The notes under the pieces are model-generated. The model had not been told where the DNA came from. It did no database searches and was given only the letters and a program-made list of their open reading frames with translations. Made by a program: the position numbers and the translations under genes. Source: Mobula hypostoma (Eukaryota). Taken from it: a stretch of DNA of 64,000 nucleotides. Location of the stretch: the NCBI RefSeq assembly GCF_963921235.1, contig NC_086097.1:130450001-130514000 (forward strand), read 5' to 3'. Shown here one piece after another: positions 23,787 through 37,026 of this stretch. How positions within the stretch are numbered: the stretch's first letter is position 1; each line of letters opens with the position of its first letter.

Positions 23787-26700
23787 AATAATAAAATTAA
23801 CTTCTATTCATGCTGTAAAGCTGCAGAATAAGAATAAGCATTCAGACCAGAAAACACAGAAAACCTCCTAATCATTTTTGATTTATCCTTGAATATTCTA
23901 ATTTACAATGTTTAGTTTTTAGCATTAAAAGGGTTTTACTTTATTTAGTCCTTTTAATTACATGTTTTTTTTATATTTTAGCAATATGGTTTTTCAATTA
24001 TTTAAATCTATTTGAATAGCTTTATTTCCAATCTTCTTTTCAAATGTTAAAGTATCAAATGCATTTTAATTATTTTATATTTTAATACTTTTAATCTATT
24101 TGAAGAGTTGTTATTTTTAACTTTAAAAATTTTAATTAAAACAACAGAATATTTTAATTAATTATTTGAACATATTTCATCAGAGACAATTTTAAATATT
24201 TAAATGACTTTGACAGCTGGCAGGCTGTCTACGTCGGCTGGGGCAAAACCTCTGATATATTTTCTGAGGGCTATTTTCTGCAGGAAGCCTCGTGGATGGT
24301 GAGAGAATGGGTGCAGGAGAGGGTGGGGAGGGGGAGGAGCATCGTAGGTCAGCTCGTTCATCCCTCCACATCTGGAAAAAGTGCAGTCTTCAGCAGGAGG
24401 GAATCCAGGCAACAGGCTGGGTCCATGGAGATCTGGCTCATTATTCCAGCAGATGTTTAACTTTTTCCAGCTGCCACTAATGTGACTGATGGCTCAAACA
24501 TTCATGAAATGATATTTTGGGAACTAATCTCACTTCAGACGCTGCAATGAACAGATGCTGAAATTGGTATGTGCTCTAAAATATGCAATATATATTAGGG
24601 TTAAAATATGAAATCAATGCCAGTCCCTATCTCAGAGGTGTGATAGGGTATTCGTGGAAGGCTCTGATGACCCAGAACTACCACTGGATATAAGCTGTGT
24701 GTGGGTGACTTCAAACCTAACCCAAGGTTTAAAAGTACCTCAACATCGTGAGGAAATCCTGGCTTCCTGTAATTCATGTCATAGATTCATGACCTTTGGC
24801 CTATCAAGTCCATGCCAATCTTTTTGCTCAATGATACTCATTCCATTTTTCAACATTGAAACTGTATTCTTCCAAGCCATGACGAATTAAGTGTCTGCCC
24901 AGACATCTTTCAAAAATAGTAATTGTATCCGATTCCATCACCTCCTCTGGTAACATGCTGCAGAGATCAACCACTCTCTGTGTAAAAAGAAATCTTTAAA
25001 ACTTATTCTACCTAAAACCTATGTCCTCTTGTATCTGATAGCATTACATGGGAAGGAGGTTTTGACCATCTACCTCTCATAACCTTAGTCCTTTGAAGCC
25101 CCTTGAACTTCTCAGATACTTTTCAATATAGTCACTTAATTTTGTATTTAAATAAAACTGGCAATTCTGATCTGTGGTTCTGAAGTGGTTAAGTTTTCAC
25201 TATTGAGAGGGGTGGTTTGTGCACATTTACATGCAGAGAATTTCCCTGACCATTCATGTCAATGTTTGTAAACAGGGCAGAGTCTGTCTGAAATCCATAC
25301 TGCAATGGTTTGAGACTAAATCTAGCAGTGGTTGACCAAAAGCTTCAGAACTTCAGAAAAATCTTTGCATAAACATGCTTTTTTTCATCTCCACCCACTA
25401 TAATCACAAACTGTTGTTAAAGTCATTAAGTTTTGATTTCCTCTTAGTATAACTATTGCAAGCATCTATATAACTCAGGCAATCTATCTCTAAGAAAGCG
25501 AAAACTATTCAGAGGATCTTCACTAATCAGAGCGTCCTCAGCATTACCACAATCCTCATTTCAAATCTAATTATTTTAGGAATTTGAATTTTCAACACTG
25601 CCCACCAAAAGCTACAAATTCTTTACAATCATGAGGAAACCCTGGCTTCCTGTGATTCATGCTGTTAATTTACTATTTTTAAAATTTGGAATCAATTACA
25701 AAGGGCTGTTTGTTCCAATGCAACTCAGTATTCAAAACAGCTTTTTTTATTATAATATCTTATTCTGTGGGAATAGGCATTTCTAGATATTTGTTACAAA
25801 AAAGTGATGATCAATGGTGAATTTGCCATAAAATATGGAAAACACCCGTGTTGGTTCAAACATTCTCTTAAGGGTGTATTAAAACTAGAATGTTGCAGGA
25901 ATGATGTTCACTGTACGTTCAGCAACTGGTTTTCAACAAGGTACAAAGAGGATGTATTAATGTTGTGCTGTGCAATAAATTTTCTACTCCACTGCTGACT
26001 AGGCAAAATACCACAAGACTTCCTGTTTAGGAGCTCTCCAAGATATTGCTGTCAACCTTCAGTCTGTAAAATGACCTTAACGATTCTCTGTTAGAAACCT
26101 AGGCTGTGTTCTAACACGAACAAAATGAGCACTGCCTATCAGACTGGACTCTGATCCAGAACAAGAAGCAGTTCATGGCTGAATGATGCACCTTCTGAAG
26201 TCTTGGGCCTTGTGCTGAGAGACACACTGGAGCTCAAAGGAGCCATCGTGAAGGTTGTATGGGGTAGGGCCACAGTTTGTGTCCTTACTTTAGGTCCATA
26301 GACTTCTACTGTAGGTTCATAGAACCACAGAAATACATAACACTTAAAGAGGACACTAGGCCCATCTTGTTCATTCTAGCCAAAGAATAAATTTAATTAG
26401 ACTAACCCAATTCCCCTGTTCTCAACCTGGAGGTTTGTGGGTTATGACTCATCATATGCCCACACTTAGATTGTGCTTAGGATTTCCACCACCACAAGAA
26501 TTTCAGATGCTGAGAACCAAATTCCCATCAATCAAAGGATGGAAAATATCTGCTCTAATCTTTCTATAATTGTTTTAAAATATGCCTTTCACTTATTGAC
26601 CAATAACATGCAAGTACTCCAAGTGAAGTACTCTTCAGCTTCCTCCTTAATATCTAAACATTATTCTGGGAATAATAGATGATATAAAAAATACCTTGAG

Positions 26701-27104
26701 ATAATAGCTACTGATCCATTGCCAAACCTGACTCCCACTAATCGCAGTACAGTCAGATAAAGAAGGCAAGAGCCCTAAAGAAAATTTAAACTAAACTCTT
26801 GAAGGGAATTATGCTCAGGCAGTGCCTTTCCTGAATACCTTTATTTTATTTTTTTGAAGGAGAAATGATTGGATTTTCAAAACAATTGGCCTCTAATTAC
26901 TTCACCTCATTGTCACTTATTTTGGTGATAGTTAAAATAAATGTACACTCTACTTGCTTAAAGGCATGAAACAGAGGAAAAAAGCAGGTACCTGGTGGTC
27001 ACAGATTATTTTCTGCCTGGAATTTGCTTAGAGAAGAGGCATGGACTAATTTCTAACACTACTGCTCTATATTGGAACAAAGTGTGGTATTGGTTTCTAA
27101 TAGC

Positions 27105-27925
27105 AGGGTTTGCAAGACGTTACTTCCTACGAAGGGAAACCCAATGGCATGAATTGCAGCAATGCTTCATTGCCAGATGAGCTCGACGCCTTTTATGGCC
27201 ACTTCGAAAGGGAGAATATAACTACAGCTGTGAAGATTCCTGCAGCACCTGGTGACCCTGGCATCTCTGTCTTCAAGGCCAATGTTAGGCTGTCTTTAAG
27301 GAGGGTGAATCCTCACAAGGTGGCAGGCCCTGATGGAGTACCTGGTAAAGCTCTGAAAATATGTACCAACCAGCCGGCAGGAGTATTCAGGGACATTTTC
27401 AACCTCTCATTGCTATGGTCGGAATTTCCCACCTGCTTCAAAAAGGCAACAATTATACCAGTGCCTAGGAGGAGTAGTGTGAGCTGCCTTAATGACTATT
27501 TCCCAGTAGCACTCACATCTATGGTAATGAAATACTTTGAGAGGTTGGTCATGGCTAGACTGAACTCCTGCCTCATCAAGGACCTGGACCCACTGCAATT
27601 TACCTATCGCCACAGTAGGTCGACAGCAGATGTAATCTCAATGGCTCTTCACATGGCCTTCAATCATTTGGACAATACAAACACCCATGTCAGGATGTTA
27701 TTCATCGACTATAGCTCAGCATTTAACACCATCATTCCCACAATCCTGATTGAGAAGTTACAGAACCTGGGCCTCTGAACTTCCCTCATAATTGGATCCT
27801 TGCCTTCCTAACTGGAAGACCACAATCTATGTGGATTGGTGATAACATCTCCTCGCTGATGATCAACACTGCTAAGTTAACAAATTTCAAAACACATGCC
27901 AGAAATAACAAACCTGGTTCTGAAT
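27105..27925 (+). mobile_element. Rex1/Babar-like LINE RT fragment with an internal deletion joining it to the 3' tail
   Basis: ORF 27110..27778 reads SLPDELDAFYGHFE...KVAGPDGVPG...FPTCFKKATIIPVP...LDPLQFTYR...[13 protein letters not shown]. Jumps at about 27870 to aagttaacaaatttc...aaacctggttctga. Confidence 0.9.
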
Positions 27926-28861
27926 TTGATAATGTTACTGTGCTACATCTGATCAGATTCATACAAACCATTTGGCTTACCAAGCCCACACAGATCACCA
28001 AGCACTCATTCACATGGGTCCTATACAAATCTTGCTTTTGCTTTATTCTCCCCATATCCCCATCAAATCCCATGCCTTGCCCCCCAGATTCTACCACTCA
28101 CCTACATGCTAGGGACAATTTACTGTTGTCAATTAATCTCTATGTCTCTAAGATGTGGTTGGGGGCTGAGGGAGAGAAGGGGAAAGTGGAGTAAGCTGAA
28201 GAAGCCCATTGGTCACAAGGAATATATGCAAACCCACACAAATAGATGCAGTATCAAGTCAGTTAATACAGCATTTCATTAAGATTATACCAGAATAAGG
28301 GAATCATAATATTCTAATACAAAGGCAAACCCGCGACCCTTTGAATCATGGTGTTGAATAAAATTAATATAAGTGAAGAAAATAATTTATTATTTAATTG
28401 CTATTCCATGGCAATGTGGTTTTGTTGGTACTGGAGCAGTAGTTAGTCAACAGAAAGCAGGCAATGCTGCCTGATTTGGTTCAACCAGTTTCCATGAATG
28501 CCTGGGAGCAAAATGGAGCTTAGTGACCATGGTACCTCCATTACCAAGATTGCAGTTGAAAAGTTGCTGTAAGTTATGTTGGCAGGAGGAAACAAACCTG
28601 GATTTTTGTGAATAGACTGCCTGTTTTCTGCCCAACTTTGAGCTTTCCACCAAAAAAAAACAGGTGTCTAGCACTGTTCCTTCTCAAGTAGATCAGGAGA
28701 CAAGGAGTTAGTTCACAGCTAAACCAACAGCCAGGAAGCATGCAAGTTACTGAAAGAAGCAAGATAACAGAGTATGAGGTCACAGTTTCTCAAACTTCCT
28801 TAATCTGCCAACTGAGCAATGGCAGTTTTATCATTGAGAGTCATGATACACAAAATAGTTC

Positions 28862-28960
28862 CACACACAAAATGCTGGAGGAACTCAGCAGGTCAAGCAG
28901 CATCTATGGAGAGGAATAAACAGTCGACGATTTGGGCCAAGACCTTTCATCGAGACATCA
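28862..28960 (-). mobile_element. PLE terminal repeat with a degenerate hammerhead
   Basis: Minus strand gtc-tcGATGA-aaggtcttggccc-aAAt-cGTC-gact...gatgctgcttgacctgctgagttcctccagcattttgtgtgtg. The core is mutated. Confidence 0.75.
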
Positions 28961-29616
28961 GTTTATGATGAGCATACTTTGTTTAATCATAATTCATAAG
29001 ATCATGTACTTCTGTACCATTTTGTCAAAGCCAAACCAACATTTAAAAATTTTGACTCTGTTATTTGAAGAACTGGTTGATCAGATGAAGCAGATTTTTC
29101 CTGTATGGGTATTCATAAGACACTGCATAAGCCATCTGGAGAAAAATTTCTAGGCATATGGTACAAGCATAAGGGAACATAGATATCCAAAGAAGAAACA
29201 GTATTTAGGCACAGAGCAAAGGAAGGAAGAAGTGAGGTTAGCACTTGAGTCTTTAACTTTGGTACCAGCAGTGTACTTTGAAATCTGCAGGGAATAGAGA
29301 ATTGTAGAGTATAGGTAGAAAACAAAGAGCATGGATAGGGACATGGCATACAGTATGTGGATCCGTGAAGGACTATATTTTGAGCAAAAATGAAGGAAAA
29401 GCAAGAGCAATGTATGAAGGAAGGCATGGGTTCAGATATATAATTCTCTTCAAAGGCTTGATGCAAAGATTCTAGTTTCTGTCAAATTGGTCAGGACTGC
29501 AAGGCAGAGAGTTAAACATTGGTTAGACCATAATTTGATTGTTTTTTGCAGTTCAGAATGTTCTACTGATATAGAAGAGTAAAACTGTCCTCATCTTAAT
29601 GGTTATCCTTTCATCA

Positions 29617-29824
29617 GTAACATATAAAATGCTGGAGACAGCTGGTCAGACAGCATCTATGGGGAGAAATGGACAGGCAATGTTTTAGGTCAAGATCCTT
29701 CATCTGGACTGAGCTGAAATGTTTACCATCCATTTTGCTCCACAGATGTTGTCTGATCCACTGTATTCATACAGTATTTTGTAAGTTGCTCCAGATCTCA
29801 ACATCTGTAGTCTCTTGTGTCTCC
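29617..29824. mobile_element. Inverted-arm PLE remnant with a degenerate hammerhead
   Basis: Minus arm agtc-CaGATGA-aggatcttgacct-aAAA-catt. Plus arm ctgaaatgttt...cacagatgttgtctgatc with tail ccagatctcaacatctgtagtctcttgtgtctcc. Confidence 0.65.
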
Positions 29825-31019
29825 ATCTTTAGGTTAGTTCCTGGTTCATAGAACCTGAGCTGTGATGAGATGTTGAGACCTCAAAATCAAATGTTAATAA
29901 GGAAGTCAGTCAAATCAGGGTATCTCTGCAGGATTTTTGAAAGAATTGCCAGTTAACCTCCTCTTCCCTCACCCTAAACCTTATCTCTCAAATACTTCCT
30001 TTCTAGTTCCAGATTTATTCAGCTTCTGTTACTCTTTCTGGCCGTGTATTTCCAATTGCAGCATTAAATAAACACTCATCCTAAGTCACCCATTTAAGAT
30101 AAATCTTGGGTTGTTCTTAACTCTGAGTCATCTCTGGAATTCATGAAGTCCAGCCTTAACTGTAAAGGGTATGGAGTAAAAAGTAGGGAACTCTGATGTA
30201 ACTTTACAGGATGCTGGTGAGACTGAACCTGGGGGACAACACACAGTTTTGGCTTTCACTTTAAGGAAGGATACACATTCAAAGAGGCAGTGCAGAAAAA
30301 AAAAACTCTTAGGTTGATTCATGTAACAAAGAGGGTTGATGTATGAAGAGTGATTGGATAAGTTGAGCTTAAACCCATTGATATTTAGAAGAATGAATTG
30401 TAGTCTCACTGAAACATAGACTCTGAGGGGAACAGGCAGGCCGGATGCTGAGAGTGTGTTTCCTCAAACAAAGGTATTGGTAACTTGGGTCAGAGTTTCA
30501 GAATAGTGGCTTTCTGATTTATGATAAGCAATTCTCCTCTCAGAGGGTCAGTACTCATTGGAATTTGTAGTGAGCTGTAGGGACAAAAGCATTGAATATA
30601 TGCAAGGTAAAGTCACACAGATATTTGAACTATACTATAGTCAATGAGTATAGAGAGAATGGGGAACTGCAATTGAACCCTAGATCCGAAGCAGCCACGA
30701 TCTTATTGAATGGAAGAGCAGGCTCATTCCTATTCTGTTTTCTGAGACTTTAATAATCTTAAATCCACATCCTCTGGTACCAACCCATCTATCATTTCAA
30801 ATAGTTGCTTCTATTTTATTCTATCTGAATTCATAATATTCTATCATGAGGCAGAGATAAGATGTTGCCAGAGGGCAGTTTCCTCTCGCTCATTGGCTAA
30901 AAAAACTTAATTTCTCCACTTAATGTTTCTTTCTTTTCCTTTTCAAGGTAGATGGAGTTCTGTCAGAGTTGGGGATCTACAGCTGCATTCAGACTGCAGT
31001 TCTTTACAGTGATGGTTCC

Positions 31020-31702
31020 CGCTCCTGGGGCTCTCCCTCTGGCCGCTTTTCAATATCCCAAGGATGCAGCCTGGAAGATTTGCGCTCCTCTGAGGCGAGC
31101 CCATGCGGCCCAGTGAATAGGCCGATTCCATGCTGGTGCCTCCGGCTGAGGCCTCACAGGAGAAACAGAATTATCTCAAACAGCCGATCAGCTGTTGGAG
31201 GCCTCTGCACTCAAGCGATCGTGCTCTCTCTTCCTTTCTCTCAATGGTGGGGGAGAGTTTGCTGCCGATTCTTGAGTCCGAGAACTCAGAGTGAAAATGA
31301 CACGGCAGACTTTAACATCGCAATCAGCAAGCTGTTTTGTTTTGTTGGTCTCGCTGTGGGAAGGGTGACACCTTTCTGTCTTTTTATTAGGGAGAGAGAG
31401 AGCTTGTGGCATGTCAAGTTGTTGGGAGAACAATTAGTTTTTGTTGGATTGCAGATCATGGTCTCTCTTTGGGGGCTTTGCTATTGCTTGCTTGGTGGGT
31501 GGTGGATGCTGATGCTTCCTGCTGAAATGACTGGGGCTTGGGGGCAGGGTTGTTGCTTTGCTGCTGATTGTGTTTGGGAGGGGTGAGAGGAGGCTTTGGG
31601 GTTCTAACATTTTACTGTCATTCATTCTTTGGGGTATTCTGATTTTTGTGGATGTCTGCAAAGAGCAAGAATTCTCTGATATTAAATGGAACCATTGAAC
31701 TC
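31020..31702 (+). mobile_element. Non-autonomous retroelement with a Rex1-like tail
   Basis: CpG-containing non-coding body ending gtggatgtctgcaaagagcaagaattctctgatattaaatggaaccattgaac, which resembles the Rex1-type tails elsewhere in the window. No protein motif. Confidence 0.45.
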
Positions 31703-32239
31703 AGAACTTAGAATACCTCTGTTAAATTCCTCCTAAACGCCTCAGCTCCGAGAAGTACAGCACCAGTCAGTTCAGTCTTTTGAAATAGCCAAACTCTATT
31801 CATCTTTGGTATCATCCTGGCTGCTATTCTGCAAACTCTTCAGGACAGAGCTGCCCTTCCTGAAGCGTGGCATCCAGAATTAGACCCAACATGCTCGCTC
31901 TGATTTGTGGCATAGCAATTACTGGTTAACAGCAAAACTCCGATAACTCACAACCAAGCGTTCAGAAAACCAGATGGTTCAACATCTGACTCACCAGCTG
32001 AGATTTGCTGTGTCTCTCTTCCCACCCACTGGGGCCATGGTTCCTGCCCTTCCTTCCCACTTAATGGGGCTCCCGTTCCCCACTCTCCCTTCTGATTCAG
32101 CAGAGCTCCAGATTCCATGCTGGGGCCCTGGTTCACAAAATATAAAATACTCTATAGGAACAGGCCCTTCAGCCCCAACTATTCCTACTAAACACAATGC
32201 CAAATTAAACTAATCCCTCTGCCTGCATATGTTCCTCAT

Positions 32240-32652
32240 CAGAACTAGAATCAGGTTTATTATCACCGGCATATGGCGTGAGATTTGTTAACTTAGCAGA
32301 AGCAGTTCAATGCAATACATAAGCTAGCAGAGAGAGAGAAAAAAATAATACTAATAAATAAAATAAAGCATAATAATAAATAAACAAGCAAATCAATTAC
32401 GTATATTGAATAGATTATTAAAAAATGTGCAAGAACAGAAATACTGTATATTAAAAAAGTGAGGTAGTGTCCAAAGCTTCAATGTCCAGAGGAGAAGAAG
32501 CTGATCCTGAATCACAGACAGTGTGCCTTCAGCCTTCTGTACCTCCTACCTGATGGTAACAGTGAGAAAAGTGCATGCCCTGGGTGCTGCAGTCTTAATA
32601 ATGGATGCTGCCTTTCTGAGAGACACCACTTCCTAAAGATGTCCTGGGTACC
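32240..32652 (-). mobile_element. Rex1-type 3' fragment nested in a minus-strand CR1 remnant (about 32150-33000)
   Basis: HPGHALFSLLPSGRRYRRLKAH; very similar to 10770-11176. The host CR1 sequence is continuous on both sides. Confidence 0.85.
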
Positions 32653-33939
32653 TTGTTCTATTCCCTGCATATTTACACGCATTTCTAAAAACCTCTTAAA
32701 ATCCACTGTCTTACCTGCTCCCACTAGCATCTCTGGCAGCACATTTCAGTCACCCATCACTCTCTATGTTAAAATTTTTGCCCACAAATCTTCCCCCATC
32801 TCACCTTAAAGCAATGCGCCCTCTAGTATTAGACATTTTAACCATGGGAGAAAGAACCTGGGTATCTAACCTAACTTTACCTCTCATAATGATAAATACT
32901 TTTATCAGGTATCCCATAAGCCTCTGACGCTCGAGAGAGAAAACAATCTAAGTTTGTCCAGCCTTTCCTTATAGCTCATACCCTCTAATTCAGGCAGCAA
33001 CTTAGCTCCTGCTCCTGGAGCTTTAGTTATGCTTCCTTCCAATTAGCAGGGTCTCAGCTTCTGCATTTTCTTCTAAATTTGCTGGGACCTTGAATCCCTT
33101 GCTCTTTTCCAACTTTCTGAGCTCACAGTTCACGCACTTCTTTCCCCCTCCTGTAGTCCTGGTTCCTTCACCCCCCTTGAAAGTGATCAACTGAGAAATT
33201 TATAATATTATGTAATATCTATAATAACGGATTTAAAAATATGTTGGGGGTAGAATAGGAATAAATTTCAAGAATCTGAAAACATCTGAAGTTTGATGCA
33301 GCAGCAATTGAAGGGTTGGGGCACTATCAGGATCAAAGATATGGGACAGATCTCCTGACGTGATGAGATCTGTAACTGGGTGGGAGAAGATTACCTGGTA
33401 TTAGGTGATGGAGACTTGGACCAGTGGTTGGTATGAGGAGGTATTTGAGGACTGTTGGTGTGAAGTGCGGGGTTGGAAGTCTGGAAAATCTGATAGTGCA
33501 GCACCACCAAAGTCCCAAATGTTCGAGACTACAGTATGACGGTCTAACAGTCTAATGGTCTGGACTGTTGTTTTTTTTTTGCACATGTTCAAATTCTACT
33601 TGAGGAAAATTGAAATTCAGGTGAAACAAATGGAATTTAAAATAGAGTTAGTAACCTCACTATTTTTGAAATACCTTCGCTTTCCCCTTGATTCAAGAGC
33701 AATTGGGGTGGATGGTAAACACCACTGATCTTCCTATCATACAGATGAAAGAAAATGGTTGATATCATGCACTGAACAAAATTCCTCTAGCTGCACTTTC
33801 CTTGAAGAAAATTACCCTGCTTTTAGACTGTACACAGTAAGCCATGTGTCCTGACTAAACAACCAATACACTGAATGAAGCCTTGATGCCAAAATGGAAG
33901 GTATGACTGTACGTAAAGAATGGGTTACACTTGACCCCA

Positions 33940-36900
33940 GGAAGGACCAATATCCTTGAGGGTCAGTTTGCTAGAGCTATTTGGGAGGGTTTAAACTAAG
34001 TTGACAGAGGGCTGGGAACTGGAGTGATAGGGCTAGTACACAAGTTGATGCGGTGTGTAGTGAGACTGTAAGGAAGGACAGGCAGATAATATGGCAAAAT
34101 CGCAATCAGTGGGATGAGTTGAAGTGTAGCAGGGGGCCAAGATCAAAAAGGATGAGAAACACACAGATGAAGGTGTTATATTTGAATGCATGCAGTATAC
34201 AGAATATGGTAGATGATCTTGTAGTGCAGTTAGAGTTTGGCAGGTAGGATGTTGTGGGCATTATCGAGTCATGGCTGAAAGAAGATCATAGTTGGGAGAT
34301 ACACCTTCTATCAAAAGGTCAGACAGGCAGGCAGAGGTGTTGAGGCAGCTCTGCTGGTAAAAAAAAAATGAAATCAAATCCTTACAAAAAGGTAACACAG
34401 GATTGGAAGACCTAGAATCCTTATGGGAAGAGTTAAGAAACAGCAAGGATAAAAATAAACCCCATTGGGATTTATATACAGGGCCTCAGACAGTAGCCAG
34501 GATGTAGGGTAACAGAAAAGGCATTTAAGAAGGGCTAGGCTATGATAGTTATGGTGGATTTCAATATGTAAATATATTGGGAAAATCAGACTAGTGCTGG
34601 ATCCCAAGAGGGAGAATTTCTAGAATGGCTGTGAGATGGGTTTTTAGAGCAGCTTGTGGTAGAACCTACTACGGAAAAGGCAATTCTGCATTGCATATAG
34701 TATAATGATTTGATTGGGGAGCTTAAGGTAAAGGAACCCTTAGGAGGCAGTTAGCGTAATATGATAGAATTTACCCCGCAGTTGAGAGGGAGAAGATAAA
34801 ATCAGATGTATCAGTATTACAATGGAGTAAAGGGAGTTACAGAGGCATGAGTGAGGAGCTGGCCAAAGTTGACTGGAAGGAGACACTAGCAAGGATGACA
34901 GCAGAAATGCAATGGCTGGAGTTTCAAGGGGCAGCTCAGAAGGTGCAGAAGAGAAACATCCCAAAAATGAATAAGTACTCTAAAGGGAGGATGAGGCAAC
35001 TGTGGCTGACAAAGGAAGCCAAAGACAACGTAAAAACAAAAGAGAGGGCATATAATACAGCAAAAATTAGTGGGAAGGGAGAGGATTGGGAAACTTTTAA
35101 AAACCAACAGAAGGCAGCTAAAAAGGTCAAAGTGACAGAAAAGATCAAATATGAAGATATGAAGATAAAAAGAACAAATAATATCAAAGCGGATATCAAA
35201 ATATATGTTTTCAGACATTTAAAGTGTAAAAGAGAGTTAAGAGTGGATGTTGGACTGCTGGAAGTAACACTGGAGAGGAAGTAATGGGTGATAAAGAAAT
35301 GATGGACCAACTTAAATAAGTATTTTGTGCCAATCTTCACTGTGGAAGACAGTAGCAGTAGTTCAAAGTTCAAAGTTCAGTATGCCAGAAATACAGAAGT
35401 GTCAGGGGGCAGAAGTGGGTGTAGTTGCTGTTACTAAGAAGAAGGTGCTTGGGAAGCTGAAAGGTCTGAAGGTACACAAGTCACCTGGACTAGATGGCCT
35501 ACATCCCAAGGTTCTGAAAGAGGTAGCTAAAGAGATTGTGGAGGTATTAGTAATGATCTTTTGATAATCACTAGATCCTGCAATAAATCCGGAGGACTGG
35601 AAAATTGCAAACGTCACTGCACTCTTTAAGAAGGGAGGGAGACAGGATAAAATAAATTATAGGACAATTAGCCTGACTTCAGTGGTTGGGAAGACGTTGG
35701 AATTCATTATTAAGGATGGGGTTTTGGGCTACTTGGAGGCACTTCATAAAGTAGCCCAAATTCAACATGGTTTCCTGAAGGGGAAATCTTTCCTGACAAA
35801 TCTGTTGGAATTCTTTGAGGAAGTAACAGGTAGGATAGACAGAGGAGAGTCAGTGGATATTGTTTACTTGGAATTTTCAGAAGGTCTTTGACAAGATGTT
35901 GCACATGAGGCTGCTTAACAAGATAAGAGCCCAGGGTATTACACAAAAGATACTAACATGGATAGACTGGCAGGAGGCAAGGAGACAGAATAAATGGAGC
36001 TTGTTCTAGTAGGCTGCCAGTGACAAGTGGTGTTCTTCAGGGTTCAGTGCGGGGACCACTTCATTTCACGTTATATGTCAATGATTTGGATGACAGAATT
36101 GATTGCTTTGTGACCAAGTCTGCAGATGATACACAGATAGGTGGAGGGGCAGGTAGTTTTGAGTAAGCAGGGAGTGTGGAGATGGACCTAGACAGATTGG
36201 GAGAATGGGCAAAGAAGTGGAAAATAGAATATAGTGTAGAGAAGAAGGAACAAAGATATAGACTACTTTCTAAACACAGAGAAGATTCAAAAATCAGAGG
36301 TGTAAAGGTACTTAGGAGTCCATGCGCAGCATTTCCTAATGGTTAGCTTGCAAGTTGTGTAAGTTTTAAGGAAGGTAAGTGCAATGTTAGTGTTCATTAC
36401 AGAAGGACTACAAAGAATATAACAGCAAGAATGTGATGCTGAGGCTTTATAAAGCACTGGTCAGACTACACTTGGCATATTGTGAGCAGTTTAGGCCTCC
36501 TTATCTAAGATAAGTGTACTGGCAATGGAGAGGGTCCAGAAGAGGTTCACAACAATGATTCCGGGAATGAAAGGGTTAATGTATGAGGAGCATTTGATAG
36601 TTCTAGGCATGTACTCGCTGGGGCTTAGAAGAATGGGGTGGGGGTGGGGATCTCATTGAAACCTCTCGCATATTGAAAGACCTAGAAAGAGTGATATGGA
36701 GTGGATGTTTCCTATAGTGAGTGGGTCTAGGACCAGAGGGCACTGCTTAGAATAGAGCAACTTCCATTTGGAACAGAGATGAGGAAGAACTTCTTCAGCT
36801 AGAGGATAGTGTATCTGTGAAATTCATTGTCACAGATGGCCGTGCAGTCCAAGGCACTTGGTATATTTAAAGCAGAGACCGATTGGTTCTTGATTATCAT

Positions 36901-37026
36901 GGTCTCAAATGTTACAGTGAGAAAGCAGAATAGGGAAGGAAGGGTAATAAGTTAGCCATCATGGAATAGCAGAGCAGATTGGATGGGCAGAATGGCCTAA
37001 TTCTGCTCCTCTATCTAATGGTCTTA
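33940..37026 (+). mobile_element. CR1-clade LINE, near-complete but heavily disabled ORF2 (APE endonuclease and RT)
   Basis: VLYLNACSIQN...ESWL (APE), KSPGLDGLHPKVLKE, EDWKIANVTALFKKG, QHGFLKGKSFLTNLLEFFEEV, a GVLQGS-like motif and the CR1 tail gcctaattctgctcct. Many stops and frameshifts. Confidence 0.93.

Noticed and set aside
23880..24480. Very AT-rich tract abutting a GC-rich segment
   Set aside because: No termini, ORF or structure I could support; likely an old repeat remnant.
30969..31586. 205 aa plus-strand ORF
   Set aside because: No recognisable domain; overlaps a GC-richer non-autonomous repeat.
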